Shown here piece by piece: positions 21,210 through 32,903 of a DNA stretch of 64,000 nucleotides. The DNA comes from Epithemia pelagica (lineage: Eukaryota > Protista > Bacillariophyta), in the NCBI GenBank assembly GCA_946965045.2, contig OX337238.1:2542001-2606000 (forward strand), given 5' to 3'. The notes beneath the pieces are model-generated. The model saw only the letters and a program-made list of their open reading frames with translations, was not told where the DNA came from and did no database searches. Positions within the stretch are counted from its first letter, which is position 1, and each line of letters starts with the position of its first letter. A program made the translations under genes and the position numbers.

Positions 21210-24100
21210 TCATTTGTCGGTGTACCCAAGTAATTTTTCTAATCGCGTCATGCGTTCGTCCAATTTCACTTGCATATCAACCAGTTGCGTGAGGCTCTGT
21301 CTTTCCGCTGTACGCTCTTTCCGTAGTTCCTCCACAATTTCACCCACCGACGATTCCACTCTTGATAAACGGTGAAAGATGGACAATGATTCACTTTCCA
21401 TCGTACCAATGGAAGAAACATTGTCGAGAGGATGGAGTCGAGAGGCTGCGATAGAATTTGAATTTGGGGAGAGTTTGGCTGTTGTGCAATCATCGCCCTC
21501 ACATGCTGGCTCTCCACCGCTAGACAAAAGACTGTCTTTTTCCTCTTTTTCCCCTTCCGTTGTCGAGACAGTCACTTTCGTTTCCGTTTCGAAAGACTGC
21601 GACACGTCTATCATTTTGGACGTTGCAATCAACGCCAAAAGAGTGATTGCTTCCGAGCTCCCGTCCTGACAGTCACCGTTGGGGGATTCCATACCACGGG
21701 CCCTTTTGGTGACTGCGTTAGCCAAGTAACCCATGATGGTTACCAAGATTCTGGGTCCAGCTGTGCCGTCTTCTTTCGATGTTTTATTCTCTATACAAGT
21801 TCCCATACCTACATCATTTGACAAACTCGACATGGCTCTTTCGACAATAGCCAGACCCTCTTGGTAGGCCTTTTGCAGCTGTTCGTTTCCACTTTGATCC
21901 ACGACGGAACAAATATGATGCACATCTCCGTAGTCCACAATCTCATCCAGAATACAAGAAACACGGTTGTCCGGTAAAGGATTGGGAGACAATGCCTGTC
22001 CAAATGAAAGTGAGTTCAGAATCGAGCAAATGACTGCAATTGATCCACGATTATGATCATCTTCTTCCAGTGCGGCAAGAAAATCTTTCAGGGATCTACC
22101 GAGAGATTGGACCTGTGAAAGAATGGCACGATGGCTAATGCCCTCACTGGGGGTATTTGCAGTCACCTGTGATTGAGTTGAGGTTCGCGGCAGCATTTCG
22201 CCGACTCTAAATTCAAACATGGCAAAATTGCTTGTCGGAGAAGGCAGTGACGGCTCTTTAGATGTCACAGAATCTGCGTCATGTTTATCAATGCCATGAG
22301 TGACGATACCGTCCTGACGGCACTTTTGTACAATCCTCTCCTGCATTGCCATGAGTTGGCGGTCACTTTTGCAAAAAGTCTTGGATGTCCTTTGTAGTGC
22401 TTTCAATGCGTACCGTTGCCGATCATTCTTGGATAAAAGATTGGAACGATAGAGGTGATTGAGAAAGGTGTAAAACACTTTCATTTGGTGAATGTTTGAG
22501 ACCAAAAGTGCCAAGTCGTGGACCTTGAAAACGATGTCGTCAGAATAAGCTTCGACAAGTTTTCTGTAAAAGGCATCCTCCAATCGGCCAGATTTTTCGT
22601 CTCTCGTCGATGCTACAGACCGACCAGGAGGTTTCCTGTCATTATTGGTGACCCCATTCAGTTCAAGAAGCGACTTTAGGCGTTGAAGTTTTCTGCCCAT
22701 TGGAATTCTGTCTTGGATTATTTCCGTGTTTTGAATTCTAGCGGTAAGCTGATCAATCTCCTCTTGAATTTGTTCGCTTGTCCAGAATTTTTCATCGTCA
22801 CGCAGTGAATCCAATAACGGAAGTAAGGATTGTGCTTTCGCCCCCTCTTGTAGCACCAACTCATCGTCGTCACTGTAGTCAACAACAGCCTTTGCCCGTT
22901 CAATGGCATTGTGGAGTTTCTCCATTTCGGTGTCTAGTTCCGTCCGAGAGGAAAGCATTTTCTGCAAAGTACAAAATCTGTAAGATTTCAGGCAGTGTCA
23001 AGCAGTGGCTGGCAAACTTACAGCCGTACAATAGAACGTACCTTGAGCTGTTCTTTCTTGTCGACCGTTAAAGCCAAAGTCTCACATGAATCCACATTTT
23101 GTCCACCAATCGCAGCAATACCAGTTCTGTAGGCCACCATACTACAACCTTTACGTCCAGTGGTCAATGGTGGAAGGTTCCACACAATCCCACGTTCCAT
23201 ATCCAAAACCTCCACCGTAGCACTACCTCCTGCAATTATGATACAGGATCCAACTGACACAGCAGCAGCATAAAGATAACGTGCGTCAGATAGAGCACAG
23301 GTCGTCCAAGCTGACAATGACGAGGAAAACACTATAGCAGTAGTCTCTTTGGTCGCATCATCAGAAGTCTCGTCGAATTGCAATGACTCCACCAATGTCA
23401 ACATATTACTACCGTTGGATCCTCCAACAACATAGATGCGGTGGCCAATGACAGCACTTGCACAACCATAACGAGGAGCTTCCATGGATGGCCCCGCAAT
23501 CACAGTGTGGTTGCTTTTCACAGCTGTATCGATTATATCCACCGATGACAAATAGTTTGTGTTGATGATTCCACCAATAATCACAATATAACGATTCGAA
23601 ACGGGAACAGCCGAACATCCCTGTCTTGCCGTAGACAATCGACAATTCAAGGTAGTCCATTGGTTGCTGGTAGAGATAGCCGTTGAACCTGAACACAAAG
23701 CTTCAACATCAATGCGTTCCACACTATCCAAAAATGAGTCTCCATTGTGTCCTCCAATCAAATAAACTCCTCCGCTACAAACCACCGCAGCATGACAACG
23801 TCTCTTGTCTTTCAACGGCGGTCCTTCCCGCCATTGTTTATTTTCTTCTGCCAAATCCAATAACAACACTGAGTTGGTACAGTTTTTATTTTTTTGGCGT
23901 CCTCCCAAAACTACAACTGTCTGTGCATTGTCATGCTGTTGAGGATGGTCGACAACGACTGAAGCATGATAGGAACGCCATCCACCCAAAAGGGGAGGCC
24001 ATTCATTTGAATTCCATTGTGAAGCAGTAGTGCTATTGTCATTGTCAGAGTCGACAAAGGCAAGTCCCGATCGCAGCGCTTGTTCGTGCAATCTTGTCAT
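21210..24100 (-). CDS. Kelch-helical gene copy D. Exon 1 24100-23042, intron 23041-22962 (80 nt), exon 2 22961-21210. Intact, mosaic
   Basis: AAG|GTACGT donor and TTTGCAG|AAA ATG CTT acceptor in frame. Both exons are open. Confidence 0.9.
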
Positions 24101-24519
24101 GGTGTTTCTTGGTTTTGCAATTTGCAATGTGAGAGATCTTTTCCGTATCTGGCAGCTGCGACCAAGAGCCCCGGGGCAAGTGGTTTGCGCGACGATGGAC
24201 AGGCGTCGCGCCGTCCCGTACAGAAGTTTGGCATGAGGACAGCGCCTGGGGAGCCATCATGCGGGACTCGCTTCTCGAAGCGAACACACACCACACACCA
24301 CACGCACCAACAGCTGCGAGAGTCCCCGAAAGCAGTAGCGAACGTCTACCCCCAAGCGCCGGGCGAGTATTGAGTCGCACTTAAAAAGGGCTTTTGTATA
24401 CTCACCCCCACGGCGCGTCCTGGAGCTCTCGATCTTGATACAAAATCCCAAAACACACATATTACCTCCACACATTCATCACGGTGGTAGAGGTAAGGTG
24501 TCTGTGAACGACCTTCTCA

Positions 24520-27500
24520 ATGTCAACATCCTCCCACCGAAAACACCGTCTCTCTCAGAAGCAAGCCCGAGAGGTTTTCGCGGCGCAAGAAGCATCCGAA
24601 GCGTCCCGAGCGTCAACGCAAGAAGGCAGAAACAACAGCATCGCCAAAACTCGGAACGTATCTTCACAAGAGCCGAATCCTCCGGCCCCTTCTCCATCCA
24701 ATCCGTTTCCATTTCCTTCATCGGTCCAAGTCACCACCTCGTCTCTTCCTTTCTACGCAACCCCTTTATCGAGGAATACCACAGCACAAGGTCAACTCGA
24801 ACCAAACGAAGAAGCGTCGGAACCCTCAGGCTTCCTTGACAGTGCCGCTGCAAGTTCTTTATCAACGATACCGTCAGAGCGCACCCAACCAGCGCCCCAT
24901 CGACTTCAATTCACCTACAATTCTCTGCCGTCCCAAGCTACTCCAGGTGGGCCTACCTCTACTGTTGGTTCCAGCGCCCAACCAACAAGCAACAGAGGTG
25001 CATCTTCCCTGTCCTTCCACCTTCTACACCGTCGTCACTCTTTGGGACAAGTCGAGTTTGGAACTCAATCGTCGCCCGCCAAAGCATTGAATATCTCACA
25101 AGTGGTTGAGGAGGAACATCCAAACCACAACCACCCACACATTAATGTTCCTACTACGACAACAAACAACAATAACAACAATCCAACCTCAACGAACGAC
25201 CCCAACAATGACCTTGTAACTGCGTACACTGTTGCTACTGCTGTTGCCCCTCCTTCCGAACCTTCTGCCGACAGTAACACAACGTCCACCGCCCGACCGT
25301 CAGTACCGTTGCTGCAAGGACGTGCCCGTGGTACACAAGCCCAAGCCCAGTACCCAAATTTGAAAGTGAAGGTAAAAGCAATTTCGGAAGGGACATATCT
25401 CGTTCCTCTACGTCGGCATCCACCCCTCCCTTGCCTAAATCCCGGCCAATCGACTAAGCTCCATCCACCTTTGGTTATTGTTGCTCCTTCAGCTGAAAAC
25501 CCCCAAGCTCTGTCCGTAGTCTCAAACCATTGTTCGCAACTGATGCAAAAAGCCAAGAACTTCACCGCGGGTGTTTCTCGGTCCACCACCGGTAAGAATA
25601 AACAGCGACGTTACAACCGACAATCCAGCAACAAAAGGAAGCGAGGCGAATCTATTGAAGATGAAACCACCTCGCCTAACTCAGCAAACCAACAAAACAA
25701 TCAAATTCATGTCGTAACATCCTTTGCATTGCGTACTTTACTAATCGAGGATATCTGGTTTATCAAGGAGGAAACACCGGTGGTATTGTTTTTTGACGAC
25801 GAACTCCTTCCTCCACGTTACGGAAAGCGCTTGCTGACTCTTTGGCGGGAAACGTTCCAGTCCGAATTCTTACCAGCTGTATCTTTGCAGGGACGACGAT
25901 ATAAGCAACTGACTGGGTGGGTCCATACCAATCAAGCAACAAAGAAGAAAATTACTGAGGAGGGCGTGAAAACCTACGACCAAGTTCGGGAAGCCATGTC
26001 CGAGTTCAATCACAATGGCATATACCTCCGGTTTCCTGTTTTCTCCGCCATCAATTGCAATATAGCCTTTCCACCGCAAGATTGTATCCAGAAGCTGATC
26101 TCTTGGTTTGAATTGTACACCTACCCACAAGGTGTTTTCATTCAGGCTGACTATTATCCCGAACGGAGTTGGTTGACTATCTTCAAAGAATTCAAAGCCA
26201 AGGGAGATGATCGCCTGACATTATTCCATCGTATTATACAAGAAAGTCCAGGGGATCGCTTTATGATGGCAGACTTAAAGAGTGTCTGGGAACGATGCCA
26301 AAACCAACAGGACGCAGTGACAACAAAATCCGAGTACGAAGAAAAGCTTTCAGCAGAAAGGAACAAAGCCGCCTCTCAACCGTTGGTGTTCCCCCCCATC
26401 ATTGAGTCCGAAGTTGCAGCTAAGTTTTGCCGAGTCCTAGATGAAAGGTTGAACGAACGTTTGGATGACTGTTTTGGCCGATTCAACAATATTTTCGACA
26501 AATTTCTTTCCGAGTACGAGCTACGCGAATTGGCCACACAATTTGAAAAACAATGTCCTCAACAATTCAACGCTATCATGGGGATAAGTGGCTACACGAA
26601 AAAGATAGACGACGCACCATCGAAACATAAACGCTTCCTCCGGAAACGATACACTCTCGATGCATTGTTCCTATTTGTGATACGAGCTCGGAAACACAAT
26701 AACCATTTATTGGTTCCGTTCGGCATGATTTTCGCCTTGGCACAATATGCTTGTGGCCACGGAATGCTGGCTACCCAGATTCCAATCTGGTTTGGAATAG
26801 CAGTCTCGAAGAGGACGATGGAACGACGTGTTGCTGAATGTCTTCGCTCCTACGACGACAAAGTAAAACGATCCATAAGAAATGTCACCAATCTGCTATG
26901 TGTTTTCGACAACCTCCAAGATGGCAGGCGACTATCTTTCCAATTTGGGCAGAGTGCAATCTACACCAGAGTTACAGCCCGTTTTGTGATGGCCATGTAC
27001 CTTGAAAAGATGCCATCATGGGTCTACTCCTTTCATGCTCGACCAATTCTGACATACCTCCAACAGGATATTCCGGCACCGTACCAGATGCCGGCTTTTG
27101 AATGCGATCGGAACACCGACGCGTCTTTGGTTGACCGCATAGCTTCTGTTTTCCGTGGCACGTACAAGTCGGACCTTGAACGCGATGGGAACCCCTTCGA
27201 TTGTTCCGGTACCCGTGTCCGTTGCTACGTGCAAATGGTCTCTTGGTGTGCAGAATTGCGTACGATAAAACGTTGCCTATCCATCCGACGACATGCTGGC
27301 CACGACGTTGATTATACCCTTCAGCCTGTTCAATTTGCAACCTGTCCGCGACGAGCCATTGTCAGGGCTACCATGAACAGACTCCGGAAGAACCGTGACA
27401 CAAATGTCTTCACCATGGCGCGCCAGTTTCCGTCTACCGTATTTTCCGGATTCCTGGACCCCCGGAATGTACATGATTCAGGGCGGGGGGTCCACAACTC

Positions 27501-30159
27501 CGGCAATTTTGGAAATTTTTTTAAGATTCCATTCACACAGTACAATTAACTTAATAGTAAAGTTCATGTTCAACATCGGGGTTGTAGAGAAGGGTTGGTC
27601 GCACTAATCCAGTTAGGGGAAAGACCGTGCTTCCAAACGTAGCCTTAACCCTAATAACAATACCCATCATGCTGTATCTCTTGTTTCTCCTCTTCGATTC
27701 ACTCCCATCTAATGTCAGGCAGTTCGATGGAAAGCTTGGAACGTGAGGAATGTGGGGGTAACCCTAAAACCTGGAAAGAACCTAGTGATATAAAGTTAGG
27801 GGGCCATGTACGTTTAAGGGGGGAGGGGGGTCCAGGACTATAGGGGAACCAGGAATCCGGAAAATACGGTAGAGTTGTTCGGACTTGGCGACACATTCCA
27901 CCTGTCGCGGAATTATTAATGTTACCAGTGTCGGTGCTTGACGAGACGACAAAGGTCGGTGCAACTGGTGTTGTCCTTGACTTTATGACCCTTCACGGTC
28001 TTTTGGATTGGGATGAGAATAGCAATATTTACAAACCCGGTGCATCATGGCAGAAGAAATGGCTATTTGTAGTTGGTGACGGTCTGTCAATTGACAGAAT
28101 CTTTCAGTTTTTTGACGATGTTATGGCTATAACAGATTCAAAGACGGTTTCATTCAGGCAGGCCTATCGACAAGCCATTGCACTAGCAACGGTCATCCAC
28201 AGAGTTGTTCCAATAACGGGGGATCTCCACGTTCGATTCCATATGTTAGAATCAATCTACAGGCTCTTCTACGGTGGGTTCCTTCAGTGCTTCCAGCATA
28301 GGCTGAAGTGGAAACGACTCGACCCTGTTGACGTTTCTAACAGCTACAGATAATGCCATCGACTGGTTGCACTAGTTTATGAAGAGTAAGAACGGCTGAT
28401 GCTGGATGTCTTCATTTCCGAATGTATCAAGTCCGAAAAGCTTCATGATATATTACAAGGAGACAACGGTGCAGAAGCTCTGGCAGTCCACATAGCCAAA
28501 ACATACTTGGCTTTCTTAAGTCGTGAAGTTAGAGAAAGTGCATACTGGCTACGGCGCTATCTCTGTAACTTTCTGTTGGTGACGAAGAAATACATGCGAT
28601 TCCTGGAGGCTGAGCAACACGGCGATGCAATCGCTATGGAAGCCATGGTGGTAGATTACCTGCCCTATTTCTATATCACCAAGAAGCGCAATTCTTTCAA
28701 CACACAGATCCGCCTTATGGACGTGTACTACCATGGCATACCTATTTCAATCCTACAACAACTCAGGTTGAATAGGACTAAACGCCAAAGGGCTGGAAGT
28801 GTGCCTTCCGCATTCCAAAAGGAAAGCGTGCTGGACCAAATTATGGAAAGGCTCATGCCCTTTTTCAAGGGCATGAACCATCTTGGAACCGAAGCGTCGT
28901 TCATTAAAGTTTCCCAAATGCTTACGGCCTGTCAAAGGGCCAAGCATTTTGTGGAATTCTATACTTGTGGTCGTGCTGATGGCCAGTCGGAACTTGCGGA
29001 ACGATTGAGAGAAGATGGCAGCCAAGGCCAGGATGAGGAAAAAGTTGCTGATCCGGGCAAACGTAACAAAAAAACAACTTACCCAAAAAGTCAACTGAAT
29101 CGTGTATTGGTTACGGAATTGCTTGTCCTTGCTAAGTGCCACGAGGTTCCTCGCGGCAGTTCTCGTGTTATGGATGGAGACCATTTCTGGCGAGCATTGG
29201 ACATGGTCACGTTGAAGGTACAGAAGAAGCTTCGACGCTGTGGTGGCGACGGTAAGGCAGAGGCCGACACCACACATCAGTATGTGCTATGCCAGGCAAA
29301 GGCAATGATGGGACCTCTCTCCAAAGCCAAAGATCGTAGTGTAGACGAAGAAGCCATTGATCGTGAAGAAGCAGATGCAATGGATGTGGATAAGGACGAT
29401 GAGGATGAGGAAATTAACCTCAAAGATGCCATGAAAGAAGAGGACGGGGAGAAGTCAGTCGGTGATAGGTCGTACTTCAGTGAGGGCAAAGAAACTGTTG
29501 TTGTGGATGTGATTGACGAGACAACAGTTAATGGAACCCAGCCGAGTGTGGAGATGGTGTCAGATAATGAAGAGGACGCCGACAACAACAAAGAAGGTGG
29601 AGAGAACGAGGAAGAATGTGAGAATAACCGGGAAGGCAATTTACAAGCTGATGATGAACAGGAGATAAATGAGACCCAAATTGAGGATATCATTGAGGAA
29701 GAGGCTGCTGAATTGATGGATGATAGGCTGGACGGTGACGATAGTCCATCTCAACGCGATGAAGAGGAGGATGAGGATTGTGCATCTCAGGAAGGGAACG
29801 AGGAGGGAGAAACCTCGGACAGAGTGACAAACAAGAATACAGATGGTCTGAGAGAAAAAGCGTCTTTGAAAGGGATGAAGGTTGTCTCTATGAATGCAAC
29901 AGCGTCACAAGATGTTGTTGCACTTGCTCTTGAAGCGATCGCGGAAAAAAATGTTATCATGGCAAAAGCAAAAGACGCAGAACGAAAGGAGAGGGAGGAT
30001 CACTGTTTACGGTACAAGCTTTATATGAGGTTGGAAGAAATGGAGGACGATCGAGAGAGTTTGGGATGGATGGATGCAATGTCAGGCAACAGCAGCGACA
30101 ACAGTATGCTCGATCGGTCGTTGGATGCTTTGGAACGTTTCAAGAATTCGGTTAACTAA
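24520..30159 (+). pseudogene. Academ-like DDE transposase of element 1, disrupted by a MITE (27437-27869) and two in-frame TAA stops (28351, ~28387)
   Basis: Motifs CVFDNLQ, FVVGDGLSIDR, GDLHVRFHML and DQIMERL. Colinear with the element 2 transposase. Long low-complexity N-terminus and acidic C-terminus. Confidence 0.8.
27437..27869. mobile_element. 433-bp MITE with TA TSD (Tc1/mariner, Tc2/pogo-like termini)
   Basis: Perfect 21-bp TIR CCGTATTTTCCGGATTCCTGG. TA at 27435-27436 and 27870-27871. Removing it restores QFPS-RVVRTWR, matching QFPSRVVREWR in element 2. Confidence 0.93.
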
Positions 30160-30188
30160 TATTATTTAGAAGAGCTTTACATTAAAGA

Positions 30189-32369
30189 CTATGTAGTTGG
30201 GAAGAGGTTGAAGCCAGACCAAACGCCGTCACAGTTCATCCGGGGGTTTCCATTTGCATAATAACCGAGTTTCACTCGGAGGTTTAAACCGTCAACATCT
30301 GGCTCTAGGATTTCAGAGGCAAAACATTTCAGAAGTAAGGCTTTGGCACGTTGTCGGGCGGCTCGCTTATCCTTCAATCTGAATACCCTTTTGGCAAAGA
30401 CTTTGATTCCTTTCCCATCGGGCCCAATTGTTTCGCACTGCAGCAGTCCGTTGAGAAAGCATTCCTTGTGGAGGAAGAGTTGAGCTGGTGAAAGTTTTCG
30501 TGTGATAAATATCTGGACAAAGTAGTCTTGCAAGGCAACTCTGTCGACTCTACCATCCAAAGGAGTTGACACAGGATGTGGGGTACACCGCCAACATGCA
30601 CCATTGCATGACATGGCCATATCACAGACCTTCTCATGATATGGATGGAGCATTGCCTGCTCTACTTGATAATGGATGCAGCGGCCGTTGTTCAAGCATA
30701 ACAGAGATAGAACAGGCAACAGATTATTCCAATGGCGTATGGCGAGTGCTTCGGAGGATAGGGAGTTGTCAGCAGCTGGCTTGGAATTGAGACTGTTGTT
30801 CTCTTCGTCGTTGTTGGTTCCACTTGTGTTTGATGTCTTGTTCCGTTGCATCTCTTCATATTTAGGTATGATGAAGATTCGTGTCATTAGGGACACGAGA
30901 CTGTTTAAAGAGAAGACGATGGTAAACGATGAATTGGAAGCAGAAGCCAATGGACTCCGTCCACATCGGCCAGAACATTGGCGTAGGTCCTGGAGGCTCG
31001 TAGGTATTCCATGGAAGATGACTTTATGGACATCCGCACAGTCAATGCCGGAACTCGCAGTTCCGGCAGTGGCAAACAGCGCAATAGGGTCAAAGCGCAA
31101 TGTGCGTCCCGTCGTAGGAGACTCGTCCAACAATGGCTTCCCAACAAAGAGGTCCGTGTGGTGGAACTTTTGTTCCCTAAACATTGTGCCGTGTACCATG
31201 AGTATGTCTTTCTGGATTCCAAGTCGATTGAGCTCCGCGCGACACTTGTGGTATAGGTTCTGGATTGCCTTCCGAGAGTTCGAATAAACAATCAACTTGT
31301 GGGCTGTTGTGGATTTGCATGTGTTGACAAGTTCGGCCTTGATCCGTCGAAGGGCAGTATCCTTGAACAATATATCGAGAAAAATGTTACGACGATGCAC
31401 GCCAGAATGTCGATGCGGCCATATCAGGTCTTCCTTGACATCAAACCACAATCCAGTCAGCGTTTGCAAGTTGTCAACCATTGCAGGCGAGGCCGTAGCT
31501 GTCATGAAGAGCACTGGTATGGGGATTTTTGATTGTCGTGTAAGCGTTTTGAATAAACACTTGCGTAGCTCTCCAAATTCGGCTCTGAACTCCATCCCAT
31601 GGCTAGCATAGAGATGGCATTCGTCGATTGCAAGCAAGCGTAGTGATCCATTGTCGCAACAGCGCGATAATGTTTCCTGCCATTGTGGGTTGCTGGTTAT
31701 TTTTTGTGGGGAGGAGAACAAGAAGACGCCTTTTTTCGATGCATCTGTGTTTGTCATTTGCTCAAGATGGTTGCGGAGAACAGTATTCAGCTTCTTAGAC
31801 CGGATTACATCAAGGTTGAACACTTGAAGGCGATGATGGAGGGTTTGGGAGAGAGACAGTTGCGTCAACTTTGACGTCTGATCCGCCGCTAAGCTCAACA
31901 AAGGGACAATTGTGATCGAAATCCCTCCACAAAGGAAACCAGCGACGTCTCGTAAAGCGGACTTCCCACCGCCGGTGGCGCGAACAAGAAGCAGAGGACG
32001 TAGGATGGGAGGGAAGGTAGGTTGCAGAGTGTGCCGCTTGATCACTTCTCCACAAGCATTCACTTGCCATGGCCTTGCTGTTTTGCCATGCCAGTCGGTA
32101 AAGGAAAGCAATATGACCTGCTCCAGTAGGGGTAAGGCATGAGGGTTATTGATAGGAAAAGGGGAAGCGGGTCGGATGGGGCGGATAGAGGTGTCTTGGG
32201 AGTTTGTTTCATGGGCTTCACTGGACTCGTTGCTGTGGTGACGGAGGGCAGATAGAACGTTGGCTGTGGACACCAAGTGGTTCGGTGTAGGCACCAGCGA
32301 CGCCGTAGATAGCTCTTCAATGGTGTTAGTTTCCTGGGAAAAGCGTTGGACTGGGGTGGAAGGGTCCAT
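30189..32369 (-). CDS. RecQ-like SF2 DExH helicase of element 1 (726 aa, intact)
   Basis: Q motif RPWQ, Walker A ATGGGKS, Ia IVPLLSLAADQ, II IDECH, III MTAT, IV LIVYSNSRK, V TASSGIDC, VI QCSGRCGR, followed by a Cys-rich Zn-binding region (C..CNGACWRC). Confidence 0.92.
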   Translation of the reverse strand: MDPSTPVQRFSQETNTIEELSTASLVPTPNHLVSTANVLSALRHHSNESSEAHETNSQDTSIRPIRPASPFPINNPHALPLLEQVILLSFTDWHGKTARPWQVNACGEVIKRHTLQPTFPPILRPLLLVRATGGGKSALRDVAGFLCGGISITIVPLLSLAADQTSKLTQLSLSQTLHHRLQVFNLDVIRSKKLNTVLRNHLEQMTNTDASKKGVFLFSSPQKITSNPQWQETLSRCCDNGSLRLLAIDECHLYASHGMEFRAEFGELRKCLFKTLTRQSKIPIPVLFMTATASPAMVDNLQTLTGLWFDVKEDLIWPHRHSGVHRRNIFLDILFKDTALRRIKAELVNTCKSTTAHKLIVYSNSRKAIQNLYHKCRAELNRLGIQKDILMVHGTMFREQKFHHTDLFVGKPLLDESPTTGRTLRFDPIALFATAGTASSGIDCADVHKVIFHGIPTSLQDLRQCSGRCGRSPLASASNSSFTIVFSLNSLVSLMTRIFIIPKYEEMQRNKTSNTSGTNNDEENNSLNSKPAADNSLSSEALAIRHWNNLLPVLSLLCLNNGRCIHYQVEQAMLHPYHEKVCDMAMSCNGACWRCTPHPVSTPLDGRVDRVALQDYFVQIFITRKLSPAQLFLHKECFLNGLLQCETIGPDGKGIKVFAKRVFRLKDKRAARQRAKALLLKCFASEILEPDVDGLNLRVKLGYYANGNPRMNCDGVWSGFNLFPTT

Positions 32370-32903
32370 GGTTGGTGCACTTGGTCACACAAGGTTGGGT
32401 CCGTGTTGAGACCGTGGAGGTGAAAATGGTTTTGTATCAAGATCGAGAAATCGCCAAATTTGGAGGACGCGCCGTGGGGGTGAGAGGACGAATGCACATT
32501 TTCTCCGACTCAGGAGGGATTCATAACTCACCCGGCGCTTGGGGTACCCCCTAGCGGGGATGAGTCATGAGGATTAGTGAACCAGATCTGGTGAACATTC
32601 TCTATCTCACCCCCACGGCGCGACCTTCAAAAATTGGCGATTTCCCAGTCCTGACACAAACACCAAACAACCACCACACACCCACCACGGAGCAAATCTG
32701 GTTGTCGTCATATCGTCACCAAAGCACCTTTGCACCTCCTTCCAAGACGTCAGCACCATTCGTCTTCCCTCTCAAGAACCTACGACGACGGCAGTTGCAC
32801 CGGGAAACCCTCAAAGCATCCGCAGTAACACGCCAAGTACCACCACACTTCCCATCTACCATACCAACACGGAAAGCAATTGTTTCATTCTTCCAACAAA
32901 GCT

